64,000 bases of DNA from Eubacteriales bacterium (GTDB lineage: Bacteria; Bacillota; Clostridia; Oscillospirales; CAG-272), in the NCBI GenBank assembly GCA_045543015.1, contig JAZQLY010000021.1, positions 2,328-66,327 of the forward strand, given 5' to 3'. Below are positions 55,689 through 61,849 of this stretch, piece after piece. The translations under genes were made by a program, and so were the position numbers. A model generated the notes under the pieces. The model saw nothing but the letters and a program-made list of their open reading frames with translations, did no database searches and was not told the origin of the DNA. The stretch's first letter is position 1; each line of letters begins with the position of its first letter.

Positions 55689-56291
55689 TTATTTGCGCGG
55701 CGGATAGGCAGGGTTAAAGGCGTAAAAGTTCTTCTCGTTCAGCTTGTCGCGTACCATACCCATGGCCTCGCCAAAGCGCTGGAAATGCACGATCTCGCGC
55801 TCACGCAGGAAACGGATAACGTCGCAAACATCCGGGTCATCCACCAGCTTTAAGATGTTGTCATAGGTCACGCGTGCCTTCTGCTCGGCACCCATATCCT
55901 CGGCAAGATCGGCAAGCGGGTCGCCAAGCGATTGGATCATGCCCGCACTCCACGGCACGCCGCTGGCGTTGGCCGGCCAAATGCCGACGGTGTGATCGGC
56001 AAAATAGGCATCAAAGCCGCCCTCCTTGATCTGCTCGATCGTCAGATTTCGCGTCAGCTGCCGCACCAGCGTACCAACGATCTCCAGGTGGGCAAGCTCC
56101 TCAGTGCCGATGTCATTTAAAAGACCGGCCACGCGGCGGTCCGGCATGGCATGCTTTTGCGAGAGATAGCGCAAAGAGGCGCCAAGCTCGCCGTTCGGCC
56201 CGCCGTACTGCGAAAGAATGATCTTTGCCGCGCGTGCGTCCGGCCGGCGGACGCGCACAGGGTATTCAAGCTGCTTCAGATATTCCCACAT
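55689..56291 (-). CDS. cotJC: manganese catalase family spore coat protein CotJC
   Basis: The MWEYLKQLEYPVRV...GGPNGELGASLRYLSQ signature. Confidence 0.9.
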   Translation of the reverse strand: MWEYLKQLEYPVRVRRPDARAAKIILSQYGGPNGELGASLRYLSQKHAMPDRRVAGLLNDIGTEELAHLEIVGTLVRQLTRNLTIEQIKEGGFDAYFADHTVGIWPANASGVPWSAGMIQSLGDPLADLAEDMGAEQKARVTYDNILKLVDDPDVCDVIRFLREREIVHFQRFGEAMGMVRDKLNEKNFYAFNPAYPPRK

Positions 56292-56293
56292 AC

Positions 56294-56563
56294 TTATCTG
56301 CCTCCTTCAAAGGGCATGGGCGTCATGCCCCATGTCCAGCCGTTGTGACCGCTGACGTCGCTTACCTCCAGCGGGCCAAAAAGATTGACGTACTGCTCCG
56401 AGAGAGCCATCAGCTTGTCACGGTACTCGGTGAATGACTGAAGCGCCTGTGCGTCGCAGGGGTGGGTGTCTAAAAACAGCGTCAGCTCGATCAGCGCAAA
56501 GCGGGTCGCGGCGATCTCGTCAGAAAGCTGTTCCTCGGTAAATTCCATATTCATCGGCAGCAT
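56294..56563 (-). CDS. cotJB: spore coat protein CotJB
   Basis: The pattern ...FALIELTLFLDTHP.D..AL is typical of CotJB, and the gene sits between cotJA and cotJC. Confidence 0.8.
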   Translation of the reverse strand: MLPMNMEFTEEQLSDEIAATRFALIELTLFLDTHPCDAQALQSFTEYRDKLMALSEQYVNLFGPLEVSDVSGHNGWTWGMTPMPFEGGR

Positions 56564-56790
56564 CCTCCTTCGTAGGGCTTATCCAGATCGGCAAAAATGG
56601 TACCGCGGTGCCAGCCGTCATTGGCCTCATAAAGATTTTCAAACCGCTGGCTCGGCACGTAGGCCATCGCAAGCGGCAGGCCGCCAAGGCAGTCATCAGC
56701 TGTGTTGGGCATCGAGGCGCGCTCTCGCATGGCGCTGCGGGAGCGGACGTCCTCTGCGCCCCCACAGCAGGCGCGTTGAAATCTGTTCAT
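56551..56790 (-). CDS. cotJA: spore coat-associated protein CotJA
   Basis: The LAMAYVPSQRFENLYE....GTIFADLDKPY motif. ATG 56790 follows AAAGGAG. Confidence 0.8.
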   Translation of the reverse strand: MNRFQRACCGGAEDVRSRSAMRERASMPNTADDCLGGLPLAMAYVPSQRFENLYEANDGWHRGTIFADLDKPYEGGCCR

Positions 56791-56828
56791 CACATATCTC
56801 CTTTCGATGCGTTTGTGCATCTGCTTTC

Positions 56829-56857
56829 ATTGTATGGAAAAGAGAGGGAAGGCGTGA
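56829..56857 (-). promoter_or_regulatory. candidate sigma-E-type promoter of cotJABC
   Basis: The minus strand reads TCACGCC, 14 nt, then CATACAAT, about 30 nt upstream of the cotJA RBS. It overlaps the upstream gene's terminator hairpin. Confidence 0.4.
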
Positions 56858-56878
56858 CATGCGTCACGCCTTCCCTCT
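56843..56878 (-). terminator. 16-bp perfect hairpin terminator after the esterase gene
   Basis: AGAGGGAAGGCGTGAC-ATGC-GTCACGCCTTCCCTCT. The minus strand follows with CTTTTCC. Confidence 0.65.
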
Positions 56879-56979
56879 GGTGTATCTTATCGTGTTTTAG
56901 AAAGAAGCGCCTTTATTTTGGCAGCAAAAGCGGCAAGATCAAAGAGATAGGTGCTTGATTGTAAATTTGACTTCCGTCA

Positions 56980-57801
56980 TCACAGATCGGAGGAAGGACA
57001 GCCCTTCATCCACTCGGCTGCATCTGCTACCCAGCGTGCGCCGTCAGCGGGGGCAAGATCCGGGTTGCCAAAGCCGGTCAGCTCGGTAGAGAGAGCAATG
57101 CCGTGGTTGCCGTGAGGGTAAATGCGGACGCCAAAGGGAATATCCTTTTCCCGCATGGCCTGCATGGTGACGAGCGCCCCCATCAGCGGTACGAGCGGGT
57201 CATCATAGGTATGCATAAAGAAGGCGGGGGAGGTGCCCTCGTGCACGCAACGGTCGATCGAATAACGGCCAAGCTCCTCCTCGCTTGGCGTCTTGGTGTC
57301 TAAAATGTTGTAAAAGGAGCCCATGTGGGTCGCCACGGTAGCCGAAAGCACCGCGTAGCAGAGAACCGTGCCGGTCGGGCGGTTGATGCCGTAGGGCATA
57401 TCCGGCAGCTCCTCCCGCAGGGCAGGGAGGTTCCAGAGCGAGCCCAGCGAGGCGCACAGGTGACCGCCTGCCGAAAAGCCGACGGCAAACACGCGCCGGG
57501 GGTCAATGCCGTATTCATCTGCATGCGCACGGATGTGCTGCATGGCAAGCGAGGCATCTACCAGCGGGCGGGGGAATTTTGCCTTTTGCCCGACCGAGTA
57601 GTGCAGCACAAAGGCGTTGAGCCCGGCTGCAAGAAAGGCAAGCGCGATCGGCTCGCCCTCGCGGTCATCGCATACGCAGCCGTAGCCACCGCCGGGAATG
57701 ACCAGAATGGCATCCCGCAAAAGCCGACGCTCGTCCGCGATATAGGTGGTCAAAAAAACGTCGGGGTCATTTTCGCGCAGGGGGATGTGTTTATAGATCA
57801 T
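56980..57801 (-). CDS. alpha/beta hydrolase (acetyl esterase/lipase-like)
   Basis: The oxyanion region is VIPGGGY. GFSAGGH is the nucleophile elbow. An alternative GTG start lies at 57813. Confidence 0.8.
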   Translation of the reverse strand: MIYKHIPLRENDPDVFLTTYIADERRLLRDAILVIPGGGYGCVCDDREGEPIALAFLAAGLNAFVLHYSVGQKAKFPRPLVDASLAMQHIRAHADEYGIDPRRVFAVGFSAGGHLCASLGSLWNLPALREELPDMPYGINRPTGTVLCYAVLSATVATHMGSFYNILDTKTPSEEELGRYSIDRCVHEGTSPAFFMHTYDDPLVPLMGALVTMQAMREKDIPFGVRIYPHGNHGIALSTELTGFGNPDLAPADGARWVADAAEWMKGCPSSDL

Positions 57802-57909
57802 GGTGTCTCTCACTTTCTGTTTGGTTAGCTATAGGGCTTTTTGCGTTCGTCACCCTACCTTCAGTTTACCACACCGCCCGCGCCTTGTCAAGGAACAAAA
57901 AAGATTTTC

Positions 57910-57938
57910 TTGACAAATGCGGCATTTCGTGATAGGAT
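57910..57938 (+). promoter_or_regulatory. sigma-A promoter of mgsA
   Basis: TTGACA, 17 nt, then TAGGAT. Confidence 0.45.
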
Positions 57939-57975
57939 ATTAGCGAACAAAATTCAGAAAAAGAAGGAATAGAGA

Positions 57976-58344
57976 ATGACACAGCGTATTGCTTTGATCG
58001 CACACGATAATATGAAGCCCGCCATGGTAGAATGGTGTAAAAAAAACAAAGAGATTCTTTCCCGCCATTTTCTTTGCGGCACGGGAACTACCGCCTCCCG
58101 GATCAATGAGGCGACCGGCCTGCCCGTCAAGGCCTATTTAAGCGGCCCGCTTGGCGGTGACCAGCAGATCGGCGCACAGGTGGCCGACGGGGAGATCGAT
58201 ATCATCATTTTCTTTTCAGATCCGCTCACAGCCATGCCGCACGACCCGGATGTGAAGGCGCTTTTGCGCATCGCGCAGGTCTATGACGTGCCAATGGCCA
58301 ATAACCGCGCCACCGCGGACTGCATTCTCAAATCGCTGGTATAA
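57976..58344 (+). CDS. mgsA: methylglyoxal synthase
   Basis: IALIAHDNMK, GTGTTA, GPLGGDQQIG and DPDVKALLR motifs. Confidence 0.95.
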   Translation: MTQRIALIAHDNMKPAMVEWCKKNKEILSRHFLCGTGTTASRINEATGLPVKAYLSGPLGGDQQIGAQVADGEIDIIIFFSDPLTAMPHDPDVKALLRIAQVYDVPMANNRATADCILKSLV

Positions 58345-58359
58345 AAACGGATATCAAAA

Positions 58360-58386
58360 CGGGGAGGCCTTCGCCTCCCCGTTTTT
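58360..58386 (+). terminator. intrinsic terminator after mgsA
   Basis: CGGGGAGGC-CTTC-GCCTCCCCG followed by TTTTT. Confidence 0.85.
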
Positions 58387-58500
58387 GCGTAGCGCAGCAA
58401 AAGAATTCCTTCGCCGGGGGCTCAGGATGACCTTAGCAGGGCGGGGAACAAGCCCCCGCCCTACAAGGGAAAATTAAAAAGCTGCGTTTTTTACGGAACG

Positions 58501-59388
58501 TTACTTACAGACTTCTGTTGTTCCGTCAAAGTATTCAATATTAATCTGTCCGACCTTTACATTGCCGATTGTGTGGCCGGGGCTGGTGACTTTCATCCAA
58601 AAACTGAATGTGGTATCGCCAATTGTCATTTCCTCAAAGATGTTTTGTCCTGCATCGTAAGGGCCGGTGAATTTGTAAGAACAAGTGAAAACGGTATCAC
58701 CAACGGCATTTTCATACAGCAATGACACACTAAGATACTTGACTTGCTTCCCACTTAAGTTAGTCATGTTAATAGTAGCATCTACGAATTGACGATCAAA
58801 TCTATCGAAATAAGCTTTCCACGAAAAATCTACACTGCCAAATCTATCAGCAATGGCAACTGAAAAGTCCGTTTCGCAGTTATAGCATATTCCGTTGGAA
58901 TTTATGGAGTGTTCTTTCTTTTTTGTATATTCATCATTATACGAATCCTTGCAGTTGCGGCATTCGTATACGGTATACCCTTCGCTTGTGCAGGTAGGAT
59001 ACACAACAGTTGAAGTGTAGCTGTGACCGAAACTTTCGGTTACCGTTTGTTCTTTCGTTATGGTATTGCACACCGAGCAGTATTCTCCTGCCGAGAGACC
59101 CGTTTCGGTGCATGTAGGGGAAATTGGTTCGAGGAACTGCAACGTGTGTCCGGTGGCGGGAAGAGGGGTGGTTTGCGTTTCGCCGCAAGAGCAATGCCTT
59201 TTTTTGAGTCCGGCCTCCGTGCATGTAGCGCTTTTGGCGGTTGCCCATTCTCCAAAGGAATGAACGTGCGAACCGCCTCCCAGCGGATTTTCGCCTTGAC
59301 CCAAATATGCCGCAACTGCAAATGCGCCGGCCAGCAGAACGAGAATGGTGAGCAGAGCGAGCAGAACTGTTTTCATTGTCTTTTCCAT
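58501..59388 (-). CDS. hypothetical membrane-anchored/exported protein with three Cys-rich H-x-F...CTExG...CxxC repeats
   Basis: N-terminal hydrophobic anchor MKTVLLALLTILVLLAGAFAV. Three ~35-aa repeats each carry 4 Cys. GC is lower than the core. RBS is AGGAGAAAAG. Confidence 0.65.
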   Translation of the reverse strand: MEKTMKTVLLALLTILVLLAGAFAVAAYLGQGENPLGGGSHVHSFGEWATAKSATCTEAGLKKRHCSCGETQTTPLPATGHTLQFLEPISPTCTETGLSAGEYCSVCNTITKEQTVTESFGHSYTSTVVYPTCTSEGYTVYECRNCKDSYNDEYTKKKEHSINSNGICYNCETDFSVAIADRFGSVDFSWKAYFDRFDRQFVDATINMTNLSGKQVKYLSVSLLYENAVGDTVFTCSYKFTGPYDAGQNIFEEMTIGDTTFSFWMKVTSPGHTIGNVKVGQINIEYFDGTTEVCK

Positions 59389-59642
59389 TTTTCTTTTCTC
59401 CTAAAATATGAAATTTTTCGGTAAATAAAAAGCGCGCCAACCGGAGTCAGCGCACCGAAAAACGCAAACTCCAATTGTCGCCAAACAAAAACAACGATAT
59501 GGATAGCTCTCCACGAAAGTTGCGGAATCTGCGTTTTTACCGTAATTCAACAACCTTCGTTCAAATGAAAAAGGGTACAAAACCCCCTATGAAAACAGGG
59601 AGCATATCCACATATCGGTATTCGTTTTTGTTTGGCTCTTAT

Positions 59643-59671
59643 ATTATATCACTGTTTTTCCATTTTGTAAA
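59643..59671 (-). promoter_or_regulatory. sigma-A promoter pointing at the Cys-repeat gene (about 250-nt leader)
   Basis: The minus strand reads TTTACA, 17 nt, then TGaTATAAT. Confidence 0.45.
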
Positions 59672-59730
59672 GCCTTATAAAGGAAAAATGCTTTTTGTTT
59701 TTACGGTTGAAAGAGAATTTGCAGAACAAC

Positions 59731-59759
59731 TTGACAATCATGAAAATTTGGTGTATAAT
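59731..59759 (+). promoter_or_regulatory. consensus sigma-A promoter of the dual-HTH regulator gene
   Basis: TTGACA, 17 nt, then TATAAT (perfect hexamers). A ~120-nt leader carries ATGACGAA direct repeats and an ATTCGC-GTG-GCGAAT hairpin. Confidence 0.6.
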
Positions 59760-59884
59760 ATAATTCGCCAAGCGAAGAATATATCCATCGCATGACGAAC
59801 GAAATCTAAAATTCGCGTGGCGAATGATATAAAGTTCGTATGACGAATAAAACGAGAACCAACGGCTTAAAAGAGGAGAAACAT

Positions 59885-61168
59885 ATGCAGCAAATGACCG
59901 ATGATATGCAAACCTATATGAAGATCGCGGAGGCGGCGCAGCAGTGGGAGATCTCTGTTCGCCGTGTGCAGGTGCTTTGTGCGGAGGGAAAGATCGCCGG
60001 TGCCATGCGCGTAGGGCGGGACTGGCTTTTGCCGCGCAACGCGCTGCGCCCCGTGGACGGGCGCACCAAGGAGGGCAGAGCGGGGCAGATAGAGGCCGTC
60101 CGCCGGGCGGAGGCAGACATGCCCCTTCCGCGCAAGACCCCCTTCCTTTATATGAGCGATCTGTACAGCGTTCCCGGCACGGCTGACGAGGCAGCCAAAA
60201 AGCTCTTTTACCACCACGAGGCACAGGTGCTTTTTGAGGCGGAGGTGGCCTATTCCCGCGGCGAGGTGGATAAGGTCTACGAGAGTGCCAACTATCTTTT
60301 GCAAAAGCATTCCGGCTTTTATGCCGTGCTTTCTGCCGGCATGCTGCTGGCACATTGCGCCATATGGAAGGGCGACCTGACTATGTGGCGCCGTGCGAAA
60401 ATGCACCTCTTTGCCGCAAACGCCAAAACCGAGAATGACCGTGATATCATTGCCCTGGCCGTCACGGCGGTAGACAGTATGCTGTATGACGTGCAAAACT
60501 TCCCGGAGTGGTTTAAAAACGGCTGCTTTGAGCCCTTGCACCGTGATGCACTTCCCGCAGCGAAGGTGTATTACGCCAAGTATCTTTACGCGGTCGGCTA
60601 CGCCCTGGCAACCGACCAGCTGAAGCTGGAGGGGGTACAGGGCCTTGGTCTGATGAGCCTGCTGCCCTGTACCGTTGAGCCCATGATCTCCCAGGCGGTG
60701 GCCGATTCCACGATCATGGCAGAGGCCTATCTGCGTCTGACGTGCGCCGTTATTTACCAGAACATCGGGCGTGAGCAGCAGGCAGGCTACCACGTGGACC
60801 GCGCGCTTGCGATCGCGCTGCCCGACCGGCTTTACGGCCTGTTGGCAGAGTATTGTCGCACGATCGGCCCCTTGATCGAGCAGCGCCTGCTTGCCGGCGG
60901 AAACGGGGATACCTGGAAGCAGGTCAACGCCCTGTTCCGGGTGTATAACGAGGGCTGGTCCAAGCTGAGCGGCAGCGTGAGAGGCCGCCAGCTGATCACC
61001 TCGCTTTCCCCCACCCAGCGTGAGGTGGCAAAGCTTGCTGCCTTTGGCATGAGCAACCAGCAGATCGCCGAGAAGCTGCACCTCTCTCTTTCCTCCGTGA
61101 AGCAGGCCATTCGTATCACCTCTGAAAAGTCCGGCATGCGGCGTGAGGATTTTGCCGTTATCCTGTGA
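59885..61168 (+). CDS. transcriptional regulator with an N-terminal excisionase/MerR-like HTH and a C-terminal LuxR/GerE HTH
   Basis: The N-terminus has MKIAEAAQQWEISVRRVQVLCAEGKIAGAMRVGRDWLLP. The C-terminus has LSPTQREVAKLAAFGMSNQQIAEKLHLSLSSVKQ. ATG 59885 follows AAGAGGAGAA. Confidence 0.75.
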   Translation: MQQMTDDMQTYMKIAEAAQQWEISVRRVQVLCAEGKIAGAMRVGRDWLLPRNALRPVDGRTKEGRAGQIEAVRRAEADMPLPRKTPFLYMSDLYSVPGTADEAAKKLFYHHEAQVLFEAEVAYSRGEVDKVYESANYLLQKHSGFYAVLSAGMLLAHCAIWKGDLTMWRRAKMHLFAANAKTENDRDIIALAVTAVDSMLYDVQNFPEWFKNGCFEPLHRDALPAAKVYYAKYLYAVGYALATDQLKLEGVQGLGLMSLLPCTVEPMISQAVADSTIMAEAYLRLTCAVIYQNIGREQQAGYHVDRALAIALPDRLYGLLAEYCRTIGPLIEQRLLAGGNGDTWKQVNALFRVYNEGWSKLSGSVRGRQLITSLSPTQREVAKLAAFGMSNQQIAEKLHLSLSSVKQAIRITSEKSGMRREDFAVIL

Positions 61169-61175
61169 TCCCCCC

Positions 61176-61277
61176 AAAAAGATATAGCCGCCCGTCCGTT
61201 TTGTCCATGAAAAAGGTATATCAGCCACCCCGGTGCAGGGAGGCATATATCCGCCAGACCGCGAAAAAGATATAAAG
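61176..61277 (+). repeat. four imperfect direct repeats, A-rich then (G/C)ATATA(T) then CC(G/A)CC
   Basis: AAAAAGATATAGCCGCCCG at 61176, AAAAAGGTATATCAGCCACCCCG at 61210, AGGCATATATCCGCCAGACCG at 61241, AAAAAGATATAAAG at 61264. Confidence 0.6.
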
Positions 61278-61347
61278 AAAAAATTTTGCCAAACGAAAAA
61301 AGGACCTGAAATTTTGTTTTTTGGTACTACTTCGTTTTGGAAAAAAC

Positions 61348-61356
61348 TGCTATACT
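61348..61356 (+). promoter_or_regulatory. extended -10 element (TGcTATACT) without a recognisable -35
   Basis: Read directly from the sequence. The 17-nt-upstream hexamer is TACTTC. Confidence 0.35.
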
Positions 61357-61376
61357 GTTGTCAATGGAAAGCATGG

Positions 61377-61405
61377 CTGTCCATGACAGGTATGGCAGTT
61401 TTTTT
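61377..61405 (+). terminator. intrinsic terminator-like hairpin in the leader of the small Cys-protein / giant protein genes
   Basis: CTG(T)CCAT-GACAGGT-ATGGCAG followed by TTTTTTT. Confidence 0.55.
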
Positions 61406-61451
61406 GTAAGAAGCGAGTCCGGCACCCGCCGTGGTCGCAGAAAGGGGTAGC

Positions 61452-61790
61452 ATGTTCACAAGCCCGTTTGATAAGAGCACGTATGCACATAAGGAAGGGG
61501 ATCTGTATAAGATCATCAGCCTGTATGGCAAGACCATTGAGATCCGATACGGATATTATGAAGAGATCGACCGACGGCGTGAGCCGGTAGAGGTCTATCC
61601 GGATTTTGTAAAAGCACCCATGTACACGGATGAAGGATTTCCGTTTGTAACGCTGATGCAGGATGCCTGCCCGCATTACGCAAGGAGAAATGCCGGCGGG
61701 GAGGCAGAATGTGGCAACTGCCTGTACGTCGAGCGCGGGGAAGAGCTGATCGCGCTTTGCAAGTGCCCAAGAAACCGGCGAAATGAATAG
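61452..61790 (+). CDS. hypothetical small Cys-containing protein (112 aa)
   Basis: ATG 61452 follows AAAGGGG. Cys pattern is C-x13-CGNC-x14-CKC. No family recognised. Confidence 0.5.
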   Translation: MFTSPFDKSTYAHKEGDLYKIISLYGKTIEIRYGYYEEIDRRREPVEVYPDFVKAPMYTDEGFPFVTLMQDACPHYARRNAGGEAECGNCLYVERGEELIALCKCPRNRRNE

Positions 61791-61849
61791 ATCATATATT
61801 GGAAACAGAAACGGTACGTCCCTATCAGAATTTTGAATGGAGAAAAAAC

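Noticed and set aside
59475-59795. A 106-aa plus-strand ORF in the AT-rich intergenic region.
   Set aside because: It has a TTG start without an RBS. It spans two divergent promoters and has low-complexity AT-driven composition. It is more likely non-coding control DNA.
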